DNA of 64,000 nt from a virus (taxonomy: Duplodnaviria > Caudoviricetes), in the IMG/VR virus record IMGVR_UViG_3300023218_000062; one strand, written 5' to 3'. Numbering within the stretch: position 1 is the first letter of the stretch; each line of letters starts with the position of its first letter. The notes beneath the pieces are model-generated. The model ran no database searches, had not been told where the DNA came from, and saw nothing but the letters and a program-made list of their open reading frames with translations. Shown in pieces: positions 1 through 8,891 of the stretch. The translations under genes and the position numbers were made by a program.

Positions 1-1
1 A

Positions 2-211
2 TCTACAGATGGTCCTACAGGAGACTATGATAAACATGAACTATCTTCTAAGCATAAGGATAGTAGAATGGAAAATCCTAAAAAAAATGAACATGGTTTG
101 GATGACCCATCTTTTGGTGATGAGATTACTTCAGGTGGTAAAGAGGGGTCCTCACCAGATAAAGAATATGATATAAGAAAAAAACATAAAAAAAATGACC
201 ACACGGTGTAA
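2..211 (+). CDS. 3' end of an upstream gene (partial), probably a prohead core/head morphogenesis protein
   Basis: Open frame from window start to TAA at 209-211 (STDGPTGDYDKHE...KKNDHTV), charged low-complexity, 8 nt before the protease ATG. Confidence 0.5.
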   Translation, partial: STDGPTGDYDKHELSSKHKDSRMENPKKNEHGLDDPSFGDEITSGGKEGSSPDKEYDIRKKHKKNDHTV

Positions 212-219
212 GTGATAAT

Positions 220-849
220 ATGCAAACTCTTATTGAACATATCTCGCCATCCGATGCTCACATAGTATGCGAAAATGCAAATGATTCTAAGTCCATGTGG
301 CTTAACGGAATCTTTATGCAAGCAGATGTACAGAATAGAAATAAACGAGTATATCCAGTCTCAGAAATGACAAATGCTGTGGCCAAAGCTTCAGAAACCA
401 TTAAAGAAAATGGTGGAATTTTTGGAGAACTCGACCATCCAGCGGAGCTAACCATAAACATGGATCGAATATCACATGCCATCAAAGAAATGTATGTTGA
501 TGGAAACAATGTGTACGGTAAAGCACAATTACTAAAAACCCCCATGGGATTAATTGCAGAAGAGCTTGCACGTTCTGGAGTTCGTTATGGAATATCAAGT
601 CGCGGTGCCGGTCAAGTGAATGAAAGTGATGGCCAAGTAAGCGGGTATATATTTGTTACTGCTGATCTTGTAGCAACCCCCTCTGCCCCCGGCGCATTTC
701 CAAAACCCGTTTATGAAGGACTACAAAACAGCAAAGAGGGAAATAGAGTTCTGTCTCTATCAGAAAGCATGCAACACGACGAATCTGCACAAAAATATTT
801 TCAAAAATCTATTATACAATTTGTTGAAAATGTTTTTAATAAAATGTAA
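220..849 (+). CDS. gp21: Prohead core protease (T4 gp21-like)
   Basis: GIFMQADVQNRNKRVYP, GELDHP, G+SSRGAG and ADLVATPSAPGA motifs of T4-type prohead proteases; lies upstream of scaffold and capsid genes. Confidence 0.92.
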   Translation: MQTLIEHISPSDAHIVCENANDSKSMWLNGIFMQADVQNRNKRVYPVSEMTNAVAKASETIKENGGIFGELDHPAELTINMDRISHAIKEMYVDGNNVYGKAQLLKTPMGLIAEELARSGVRYGISSRGAGQVNESDGQVSGYIFVTADLVATPSAPGAFPKPVYEGLQNSKEGNRVLSLSESMQHDESAQKYFQKSIIQFVENVFNKM

Positions 850-852
850 ATG

Positions 853-898
853 TTGAAAAAACACACCTTTCATGATATGATATCATGAAAGGTGTGTT
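853..898 (+). promoter_or_regulatory. sigma70-like promoter (TTGAAA-N17-TATGAT) embedded in a perfect 18-bp inverted repeat covering the RBS/start region of the endonuclease gene
   Basis: Arms 860-877 aacacacctttcatgata and 881-898 tatcatgaaaggtgtgtt with 3-nt loop; -35 at 853-858, -10 at 876-881. Confidence 0.7.
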
Positions 899-2403
899 CA
901 ATTATTATAATGTCTGCAGAAGAGTTATATTTTCTAACCGAAAAATACCCCCCAAGACGCAGCACATCTAATGTGCGTATAAAATATCCTAAAGAATACG
1001 AAAAACTAATAGAATTAACAAGTTTCTTACCTGATACTGCAACAACATCCCAACGCTTATGGCATGTTCGCCATGATAAATTTGAATTCCCTATATGTGA
1101 ACATGAAGATTGTATTAAACCCACAAAATGGACTCCATCATATTCAGATTATGCACGCTTTTGCTCTACAAGATGCTTCAATAAAAATAAAACAAAGAAT
1201 GCAGAAATTAACAAACATCGTAAAAACATAGAAAAGTACGGTGAAAACTATGAAGATTTGACGACATTAGATAAAATGAAACTAACTAATGTTAAACGAT
1301 ATGGTGTGGATAACCCATTTAAAAATGTCAATAGGATACGAAAAAGAAATAATGAAAAATATGGATGTGATTTTCATTTTCAGCAACATTTATCCGAAGA
1401 CTCTTTGAGTAAATTGAATGATAAAGAATGGTTAGTTGAAATGAATCATAATCAGAAACGTAGTTGTGTAGAAATTTCAGAAAAATTAGAGGTTAATAAT
1501 TCTACAGTAAATAAAGCAATGTATAGACTAGGGCTTATACCTAGTTATCTCTATTCATCAAGTTACTCTGAGAAACAATTAGCAACATATTTAAAAGATC
1601 AGCATATTACAGTAGTCGAAAATGATAGGTCTGTCATAGCCCCGTTAGAACTGGATATTATGCTACCAGATTACAATCTAGCGATAGAATATTGTGGATT
1701 GTACTGGCATAATGAACTGCACAAAGATAATAATTATCATGAAAATAAGTACAAAAAATGTAAAGAGATAGGAATTGATTTATTAACCATATATGAAGAT
1801 GAATGGCATGATAAATCTGAATTAATAAAAAAGATGATAATGCATCGAATAGGAATGAATACAGCTACTAAAATATACGCTAGAAGTTGTAAAATAGCTG
1901 AGGCGTGTTCAATGGATAAAAAAGAATTCTTTGATAATACGCACATTCAAGGAAATGGCCCAAGTTCTATTAATGCAGGATTATATCATAATGGTAGTTT
2001 AGTGGCTTGTGTGGGGCTGATAAGAACTAAAAATGAAAAAATGGTATTGAATAGATTTTCTACAAAATATATTGTCCCCGGAGCATTTTCGAGATTGTTA
2101 AAATATATATTAAATAAGTATAAACCAAGCGAAATAATAACATTTGCGGATCTTAGATGGGGAGATGGGAAATTATATCAAGCTAATGGTTTTACATTAG
2201 ATAAAAAACTAAAACCTGATTATTATTATGTTTATCAAAATAAACGATTTCATAAATTTAATTTTAGGCATAACAAACTCAAAAAACTATTATCTTATTA
2301 TGATAATGATAAAACTGAACATGAAAATTGCGTAAACAACAATATTTTCCGAATATATGATTGTGGAAAATATAGATACGTTTTAGGAAATGACTATAAA
2401 TAG
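892..2403 (+). CDS. Free-standing homing-endonuclease-like protein (Hef/Vsr-like PD-(D/E)xK) with C-terminal Mom/GNAT-like domain; start may be ATG 910
   Basis: Zn-finger CEHEDC...CSTRC, YGVDNPF-type repeats, HTH-like segment, SxxE...ELDIMLPDYNLAIEYCGLYWH, IYEDEW, then RFST..PGAFSRLL...TFADLRWGDGKLYQANGF. Confidence 0.75.
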   Translation: MCSIIIMSAEELYFLTEKYPPRRSTSNVRIKYPKEYEKLIELTSFLPDTATTSQRLWHVRHDKFEFPICEHEDCIKPTKWTPSYSDYARFCSTRCFNKNKTKNAEINKHRKNIEKYGENYEDLTTLDKMKLTNVKRYGVDNPFKNVNRIRKRNNEKYGCDFHFQQHLSEDSLSKLNDKEWLVEMNHNQKRSCVEISEKLEVNNSTVNKAMYRLGLIPSYLYSSSYSEKQLATYLKDQHITVVENDRSVIAPLELDIMLPDYNLAIEYCGLYWHNELHKDNNYHENKYKKCKEIGIDLLTIYEDEWHDKSELIKKMIMHRIGMNTATKIYARSCKIAEACSMDKKEFFDNTHIQGNGPSSINAGLYHNGSLVACVGLIRTKNEKMVLNRFSTKYIVPGAFSRLLKYILNKYKPSEIITFADLRWGDGKLYQANGFTLDKKLKPDYYYVYQNKRFHKFNFRHNKLKKLLSYYDNDKTEHENCVNNNIFRIYDCGKYRYVLGNDYK

Positions 2404-2434
2404 ATCATAATAATAATAAACAGTAGTAATATTT

Positions 2435-2459
2435 GGCCCCGTTAATTGGGGCCTTTTTT
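2435..2459 (+). terminator. Rho-independent terminator
   Basis: ggcccc-gttaatt-ggggcc followed by T6. Confidence 0.8.
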
Positions 2460-2514
2460 CGTCCCTAAAAATAACTTCTAAATATAAGTGCTTATACAGA
2501 CGAGGTAGCATAAC

Positions 2515-2871
2515 ATGGAATATAAAGAAGAGTTTTTTGGAACGTTAATTTTGAAAGTAGTAAGGGATGATAAAAACCCAAATAAAGAGTATGTAAATTG
2601 GGTTATCGTCGATACTGAAAAGACGGTGGATAGAGAAAGAGAAATAGAAGATGGGGATTTCTTACAAGTTTTTGATGGCTCTGGCAGATTGATGTTGAAT
2701 AAAATAATATATAGAGATTATGATAGTTTATATGATCATAGACATGGTATCCAATTATACAATGGAATGCGCGTGGCTTGGTTACCCACGGGAATAGAGA
2801 CTGGATTTTGGAGAAGTCTTTTTTTAGATCAAGCTAGAGCAAGATTGCTCAAAAGAGATAACGAGGATTGA
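2515..2871 (+). CDS. Hypothetical protein
   Basis: 118-aa ORF with gaggt RBS. Confidence 0.6.
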   Translation: MEYKEEFFGTLILKVVRDDKNPNKEYVNWVIVDTEKTVDREREIEDGDFLQVFDGSGRLMLNKIIYRDYDSLYDHRHGIQLYNGMRVAWLPTGIETGFWRSLFLDQARARLLKRDNED

Positions 2872-3059
2872 TAGTGCCATTATTTGAATTTAAATGTAAT
2901 AAGTGTAACAAGAGCATTGACAAAATAATGTCATTTGCAGAATCAGAAAAATATGTTGTTCCATGTGAATGTGGAACAGGAGAAATGAAGAAAACGTTAG
3001 TTAACCAGTTCAATGTGAAATATAAAGGAAATTGGTTTTCAAAAAATAAGACATATTAA
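2868..3059 (+). CDS. FmdB-like zinc-ribbon protein
   Basis: PLFEFKCNKC...PCECG...FNVKYKGNW pattern. Confidence 0.6.
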   Translation: MIVPLFEFKCNKCNKSIDKIMSFAESEKYVVPCECGTGEMKKTLVNQFNVKYKGNWFSKNKTY

Positions 3060-3060
3060 T

Positions 3061-3087
3061 AAAAAGGGGAGAATTTCTCCCCTTTTT
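3061..3087. terminator. Bidirectional Rho-independent terminator
   Basis: aaaaaggggag...ctccccttttt inverted repeat with A- and T-tracts. Confidence 0.8.
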
Positions 3088-3298
3088 ATTGCACAACTTA
3101 CTGATAATATAGATTTTTTATTAGTATAGATAAACGTTATAGAAAAAAAATGAAAATATTATATAAAAATATAATTAAAAAAAATCCAATAAAAACAAGT
3201 ACTTATAAATTAATTAAATTATTGTAAATTATTTCTTTTGATTGTAATAAATAATTTACGTAAATTTTATACTCAAAAATTAAGAGGAGAATTCAGAC

Positions 3299-4243
3299 AT
3301 GGATGAGTTGCTGCAAAAACTAGTCGAAAGTGAGCTTCTGACCGAAGATACCAAAAAACAACTGGAAGAAACTCTATCGCGGAAGATGGAAGAAAAAGCT
3401 CAGCAAATAAGAGAAGAGGTCGAGGCTGAAGTTAAGACCGACCTCGCTGAAAAATATGCACAGGATAAAGAAGAGTTGGTTGAAGCAATGGACACCGCTC
3501 TGGAAAAAGCTCTAAATGAAGAAATAGCAGAACTTAAAGAAGATATAGAACGGTTCAGAGATCTGGAAGCTGAGTATGCTGAGAAGTTAGTGGAAACTCG
3601 TCAGCAGATGGCCGAAAATGTAAAAAATGATATGACCAAGCTCTTAGAAGGATTGGACGCTTATGTTGATCAAAGATTGCATGCAGAGCTTGACGAACTC
3701 AGGGAATCAATTGAAGATGTTCGTAAAGAAAATCATGGGCGTAAGATTCTAGAAACAATCGGTGAAGAATACCGAAGAATGTTTACTGAAGAAGATGACT
3801 ATGAACAGAAAGTGCTGGAAAAAGAAGAGGCCTTAAACAAAGTTAACGAACAGCTTAAAGAAGCAAAAGATAGATTAAGATCAGTTGAACGTGAGCAGAA
3901 GATGGAAGATGTACTTGAAAGTTTATCTGGTCAGAAAAGAGAAGTTATGGCTGCAATTCTGCAAGGTATTCCAACAGAACGCCTTGATGAAGCGTACCGC
4001 CGTTACATTGGTAAAGTTTTAAGAGAATCTAATGAAGATAGTTCGGAGAAGGATAATTCAGTACTTGCCGAAGGAAAAAACGAGGAAAACACGGATAGTG
4101 ATGATTTTGTAGTAGCAACCGGTGATTCTAAAGTTGTTGTTGAAGATGTTGACACAATAACAGAATCGGTTGATGGCTTCCCAAATTATAAACTTGATGA
4201 GGTAACTCGTAACCGTTTGAAAATACTGAGTGGTATCAGTTAA
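3299..4243 (+). CDS. gp22: Prohead core scaffold protein (T4 gp22-like)
   Basis: Acidic coiled coil between protease and capsid genes; strong RBS gaggag; TAAATA at 3248-3253; LxE-type cleavage motifs and C-terminal RLKILSGI. Confidence 0.85.
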   Translation: MDELLQKLVESELLTEDTKKQLEETLSRKMEEKAQQIREEVEAEVKTDLAEKYAQDKEELVEAMDTALEKALNEEIAELKEDIERFRDLEAEYAEKLVETRQQMAENVKNDMTKLLEGLDAYVDQRLHAELDELRESIEDVRKENHGRKILETIGEEYRRMFTEEDDYEQKVLEKEEALNKVNEQLKEAKDRLRSVEREQKMEDVLESLSGQKREVMAAILQGIPTERLDEAYRRYIGKVLRESNEDSSEKDNSVLAEGKNEENTDSDDFVVATGDSKVVVEDVDTITESVDGFPNYKLDEVTRNRLKILSGIS

Positions 4244-4301
4244 CCAATAATAGTGTGTAAAAACATAATAGTTAATAACAATAATAAAGGAGACTATAAA
4301 A

Positions 4302-5741
4302 ATGGACGATAAACAAACACTAGTAGAAAATTGGAATGAGACCAAGGATGTCCTTCTTAGCGGGCTTAAGCCTTCACAGAAAGAAATCGTTGGGCCTCTT
4401 CTAGAAAACCAGCGCAAGCATATGTTGAATGAATCTGCTGCACAGGGTGCGGTACAATCTCATGATGTAGCAAACTTTCGTAAAACATTGCTTCCGATGA
4501 TTCGCCGTATTATTCCCGGAACAATCGGGAGTGAAATCGTAGGTCTTCAGCCTATGTCAGGACCTGTATCACTTGTTTATACGCTGAGATACAAGTACGA
4601 AGAAGATATGACTCATAATCCTGATCGTTCACCATTTGGTGGATTTGATATCGAACCGGGGGATGAAGCTTTTGGAAATGACAAGTTGATTCGTCAGTTC
4701 TATGCTGGACAGGTTGCAGAATCAGGTACACCATTTGAAGGTATTGATCAAACTGCAGGGGCTTCTGGTATTGCAGGGCCAAATGCTGCTGAAGCTGATA
4801 TTGACGCTGATACAGCCGATGGTCAGGGTTGGCACTCTGAAGAAGACGTAACCACATATGAAACTGGAACTACACTATTCGGTGAGCCAGTTGGTGGATC
4901 GTTGAAGGGTGGTTCTGGTAGCTTGATAGAAGGTTCAGGCGGACGTAAGATGACCCTAGAGATCATCAACCAAGCCGTTGAAGCTCATACCCGTAAGCTA
5001 CAAGCAGGTTGGACAATGGAAGCAATGCAGGACATGGATAGCCAGCATGGTATCGATGTTGAGTCAGAGCTTACCAAGGCACTATCTGCTGAAATCGTGC
5101 AGGAAATTGATGCTGAAATCATCACTGACCTTCTTTCACTAGCAGGAACAGTCAGAACATATGATTTTAACGCAACAGGTGGTTCTAATGGTTATGCACC
5201 AGCCTTCGTTGGTGACCGTTTCGCTAACCTAGGCGTTCGTATCAACGAAGTTGCAAATGAGATTGGCCGTAAGACACGTCGTGGAGCGGGTAACTATATC
5301 GTTGTATCACCAATGATTGTTTCTGTTCTACAGTCTGCAGCTAAAGCAGTATTCGCTCCAGCAGTTGAAGGTAGCTTCAAAGGACCCAACAACACATATC
5401 TAGCCGGTATTCTAAACGGTCAGATTAAGGTCTACAGCTACTTGTGGAACGCTGCACAGCCAACTGATGGTGAAGTATTTAGTGCAGGTCAGGGTCTTGG
5501 AAATGATCAGGTCCTAGTTGGATACAAGGGTGGTAACGGTGAAGTAGATGCCGGTTACTGGTATGCACCTTACATCCCACTGATGAGTACAGGCGTTGTT
5601 GTTAACCCAGTTACCTTCCAGCCTGTAATGAGTCTAATGACCCGTTACGGTAAGGTTGCTCTAACTGACACGACAACATCTCTCGGGAATTCTGCGGACT
5701 ACTATGGTAAAATTAATATTACTAACCTAGCATTCATTTAA
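4302..5741 (+). CDS. gp23: Major capsid protein (T4 gp23-like)
   Basis: LLPMIRRIIP, IVGLQPMSGP, RKLQAGWTMEAMQD, GHGIDVESEL-like, YAPYIPL and MTRYG motifs. Confidence 0.97.
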   Translation: MDDKQTLVENWNETKDVLLSGLKPSQKEIVGPLLENQRKHMLNESAAQGAVQSHDVANFRKTLLPMIRRIIPGTIGSEIVGLQPMSGPVSLVYTLRYKYEEDMTHNPDRSPFGGFDIEPGDEAFGNDKLIRQFYAGQVAESGTPFEGIDQTAGASGIAGPNAAEADIDADTADGQGWHSEEDVTTYETGTTLFGEPVGGSLKGGSGSLIEGSGGRKMTLEIINQAVEAHTRKLQAGWTMEAMQDMDSQHGIDVESELTKALSAEIVQEIDAEIITDLLSLAGTVRTYDFNATGGSNGYAPAFVGDRFANLGVRINEVANEIGRKTRRGAGNYIVVSPMIVSVLQSAAKAVFAPAVEGSFKGPNNTYLAGILNGQIKVYSYLWNAAQPTDGEVFSAGQGLGNDQVLVGYKGGNGEVDAGYWYAPYIPLMSTGVVVNPVTFQPVMSLMTRYGKVALTDTTTSLGNSADYYGKINITNLAFI

Positions 5742-5766
5742 TCCGCAAAAGAGTTAAAACCCCCTG

Positions 5767-5793
5767 AAAGCCCTGCAGTTGCAGGGCTTTTTT
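5767..5793 (+). terminator. Terminator after major capsid gene
   Basis: aaagccctgc-agtt-gcagggcttt plus T-tract. Confidence 0.85.
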
Positions 5794-5814
5794 ATTTCTA
5801 TAAAAGGAACACTG

Positions 5815-5873
5815 CAAACTACTTTCGTTTTCAAGTTCAAGCTATTATAATAAATATATCAAAAGGTAGTTTG
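5815..5873 (+). promoter_or_regulatory. RBS-sequestering hairpin with late promoter (TAAATA) in its loop
   Basis: caaactac (5815-5822) pairs with gtagtttg (5866-5873), overlapping the aaaggtag RBS of ATG 5876; TAAATA at 5851-5856. Confidence 0.6.
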
Positions 5874-5875
5874 TT

Positions 5876-7483
5876 ATGAAAAAAGAATATTATGATTATA
5901 TTGTTAACGAAATAAAACTAAGGCCCAAGAATATAGATTTGGGCACAAATAATGTACAGGATATAGAATGTCTTTTATGTGGTAACACATTTAAGGCAGG
6001 CGTGAAAGGTAAGGTAAATAATTATAGAAAACATGGGATGAAAGGGTGTAAAGAATGTACTTCAATCCAAAGATATGAAAATATAAGAAATGATAGAATA
6101 AAAGAATTAGAGGAAAAATTTGAGCTATATAATATTGACCCTAAGACTGTAAATAATATGTCTATGGTTAAAGTTCGCAATAAAAAATGTGGTCACTTTT
6201 TTAAAGTAAAATACGGAAATCTATTAAATCGTGACGTAAATTGCCCCATATGCAACACAGAACGAAAAAGAGAGCAATTTAGACAATTTAATGACGAGCG
6301 CCATGAAGAGTCATACTTATTGAAAGAAGGTTTCGACGCATATAAACAGAAAGTGTATAAGTTCACTAGAGAAACATATAGAAAACATAAAGACAAGATC
6401 AATCCTGAGAACCATACAAGAGTATTAAGTGGTGAGAAAGGCTACCATTTAGATCATATCATATCTGTAAGAAATTCCTTTGATTTAGGAGTCCCACCAG
6501 AAGTATGTGCAGATTATAGAAATATGCGCATGGTGAAATGGAAGGATAATAATAAAAAGTGGAAGCGCTCTTCTCTTAGAATACCAGAACCCTATTATCC
6601 ATATGTTAATAATACATCAGATGAATTTATAAAAATAATGAACAATTCTGTAAAAACAGATTTTAATGCATATGTAGATTTCTCTAAATTCATGCTGACC
6701 CTATATAATGAAAAGGAAAAATTTGGTATATATTACGCTCCACTTTCTACTAATACACAGCAGATATTAGGCTCTAAGAATTATTTTAAGCAGATGAAGG
6801 AATACTTTGCTGAAAAAAGTATCACATTATTAATAATATTTGAAGATGAATGGATCAAGAATAGATTATTAGTTATCGACAAAATACAACATTATATGAA
6901 CCAGAGTGAAAAGACTACCATATATGCTAGAAAATGTGAAATACAGGAAATAGGAGTAACTGATAAGAATAGTTTTTTGAATGCAAATCACATACAGGGT
7001 ACTTGTGTAAGTCAAATAAATTTGGGGGCCTTTCATGATGGAAAATTGGTAGCAGTTATGACATTTTCTAAGCCTAGAATATTGATGAATAAAAAAGAGC
7101 AAGCTGGAGGCGTGTATGAACTTGCGAGATTTGCGACAGATGTACAATATCGTATACCGGGAATTGCCTCTAAATTGTTGAAACATTTTCAAAGAAACTA
7201 TAATTATAGTGAGATATATTCATATGCAGATAGGCGCTGGTCCGATGGTAACCTTTATGAAGTATTGGGATTTGAGAAAACAATTGTCAACCCACCAAAT
7301 TATCATTATATTATAAACAACCAACGAAAACACAGATGGGGTTATCGAAAGGATGCTTTGAAGGAGAAATTCCCGGAGAGATATAATAAAGAGTTGACAG
7401 AATATCAAAATATGCTTGAAATGGGATATGATAGAATATGGGATTCTGGTTCGATAAAATATGCAATATATAATAGTTATTAA
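5876..7483 (+). CDS. Homing-endonuclease-like protein: Zn ribbons + HNH-like motif + degenerate PD-(D/E)xK + Mom/GNAT-like C-terminus
   Basis: CLLCG/CKEC/CPIC; YHLDHIISVRNSF...NMRM..W.DNNKK; IIFEDEW; YELARFA..PGIASKLLKHF...SYADRRWSDGNLYEVLGF. Confidence 0.75.
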   Translation: MKKEYYDYIVNEIKLRPKNIDLGTNNVQDIECLLCGNTFKAGVKGKVNNYRKHGMKGCKECTSIQRYENIRNDRIKELEEKFELYNIDPKTVNNMSMVKVRNKKCGHFFKVKYGNLLNRDVNCPICNTERKREQFRQFNDERHEESYLLKEGFDAYKQKVYKFTRETYRKHKDKINPENHTRVLSGEKGYHLDHIISVRNSFDLGVPPEVCADYRNMRMVKWKDNNKKWKRSSLRIPEPYYPYVNNTSDEFIKIMNNSVKTDFNAYVDFSKFMLTLYNEKEKFGIYYAPLSTNTQQILGSKNYFKQMKEYFAEKSITLLIIFEDEWIKNRLLVIDKIQHYMNQSEKTTIYARKCEIQEIGVTDKNSFLNANHIQGTCVSQINLGAFHDGKLVAVMTFSKPRILMNKKEQAGGVYELARFATDVQYRIPGIASKLLKHFQRNYNYSEIYSYADRRWSDGNLYEVLGFEKTIVNPPNYHYIINNQRKHRWGYRKDALKEKFPERYNKELTEYQNMLEMGYDRIWDSGSIKYAIYNSY

Positions 7484-7511
7484 TTATATCAACAAATGTC
7501 TCATTTGTCAA
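7483..7511 (-). promoter_or_regulatory. Perfect sigma70 consensus promoter on the minus strand, antisense to the endonuclease gene
   Basis: Minus strand TTGACA (7511-7506), 17 nt, TATAAT (7488-7483); spacer region holds inverted repeat acaaatg-tct-catttgt. Confidence 0.75.
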
Positions 7512-7514
7512 CAA

Positions 7515-7664
7515 TTAGTTTTTTGGACGAGAGGAACTACAGATGCCTCTCATTAAGGATTCCTCCTTCCTAGAAATGTTAATTGCTGCATTTAAATCTG
7601 CATTTTGAAAGCAATGTTTTGGTTTGAGAAGTGATTTCTCTAGGAAGTAATTTTGGAATGTCAT
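7515..7664 (-). mobile_element. Remnant of the 3' end of a tnpB (IS200/IS605- or IS607-type) gene
   Basis: Minus-strand 49-codon frame ...KHCFQNADLNAAINISRKEESLMRGICSSSRPKN* with the RuvC-III-like xADxNAAxNI motif, and a gagagg/cctctc hairpin near its end. Confidence 0.55.
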
Positions 7665-8081
7665 CTCCAGATCAAATCAATTATTTGTTTAACAACATTT
7701 CGGTATTCATCAATGATCGATTATGATGAAGAAGGATCGAAACCAAGTTGGATACATGTTATGTATGCTCCTAAATTAAAGAGTGGAAAACATTTTGAAA
7801 GATTAACAGGATTTAAATTAGATGATCTGATTATGTATGCGGCAAAAATATCCAGTAATAGATCACTTCCACAAGCTGCCCGTAGAAAGTTCTCTAAAGA
7901 ATTCTCTGCGAGAGTATGGGAAGAAGACACGTTTGCGCATGATTTTGTATCATTCGTAGGTAACACTGAAACATATTTACCAGACCTTCTCAGATATAGT
8001 AATTGGGGTGTATATAACAACATTCCAGTAATAATAGATTTAGGATTAAGCAAAGATGTCTACATACAACACTACTCCTGA
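7653..8081 (+). pseudogene. N-terminally truncated protein-kinase-like ORF
   Basis: DLLRYSNWG (catalytic-loop-like) and PVIIDLG (DFG-like) present; no Gly-rich loop or catalytic Lys; no RBS; abuts the tnpB remnant. Confidence 0.45.
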
Positions 8082-8110
8082 TGGTGTTTCTAACTTAACA
8101 CAAACATGTC

Positions 8111-8118
8111 TATAAATA
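8111..8118 (+). promoter_or_regulatory. T4-type late promoter TATAAATA
   Basis: Exact T4 late consensus; identical boxes at 24692, 36631, 38531, 48787, 61681 (+) and 48749, 52460 (-). Confidence 0.7.
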
Positions 8119-8148
8119 TCAGAAGGAAATAAAAAGGGTTATATAGTT

Positions 8149-8493
8149 TTGAAAAATATCAAAGAATTATCTTTTTCGGAATATTACCGTTCGAAACAAA
8201 AGTTGTTAGAAAGGGCGGAAGATACACCTAGGATGTACTCGGTATATGAACTTACAACATATAAGAAAGTTCCGTTAAAAGATTCTTATGACGAAGATGA
8301 TAAAACCTATATTAGCTTTAAACCCAAGGACCGGATAAAAATATTATGGGAATATGAAGATATTTATTATCCTACTGCTAGAAATTTTGTGGTATTATCT
8401 GAAAATAATTCTAAAACGTATTATCCCTGTTGGGGAAGCAAGAAGCTCTTAAAATGGGTTTTGGTTAATACTAGAGAGGTTACTGATGAATGA
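8149..8493 (+). CDS. Hypothetical protein
   Basis: 114-aa ORF (TTG start) after late promoter. Confidence 0.55.
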   Translation: MKNIKELSFSEYYRSKQKLLERAEDTPRMYSVYELTTYKKVPLKDSYDEDDKTYISFKPKDRIKILWEYEDIYYPTARNFVVLSENNSKTYYPCWGSKKLLKWVLVNTREVTDE

Positions 8494-8845
8494 AATACAG
8501 TTAAATCCAACGGTGTATAAAAATCCATATAATGAAAAAGATTTTTTAAAAATGGGTGACAAGATAAACAAATTATGTCATAAAAAATTTGATGTTCATT
8601 ATCTATATATTTTACAAAATGAATTAGAATCTATAGATAATGAAAATAATAAACTATTCAATAAAAAAATAAGAAATGAATTAAAATCCCGAATGTTAGA
8701 ATATACAAAATATTCTCCTTGTGCAGAAATTTTTTATTCATCTATATTTTGTGAACTATTTAACACTTATAAAAATGAACCGTTATCCGATCTTATTTTT
8801 TTTATTGAAAGATTAACATTAATGTCTAAAAATGCTGAAGAATAG
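8486..8845 (+). CDS. Hypothetical protein
   Basis: 119-aa ORF overlapping previous stop, gagg RBS. Confidence 0.55.
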   Translation: MNEIQLNPTVYKNPYNEKDFLKMGDKINKLCHKKFDVHYLYILQNELESIDNENNKLFNKKIRNELKSRMLEYTKYSPCAEIFYSSIFCELFNTYKNEPLSDLIFFIERLTLMSKNAEE

Positions 8846-8891
8846 AATAAATATTAGTTAGTGTTCTAAGGGGTTTAAAAAGATTTTAATC

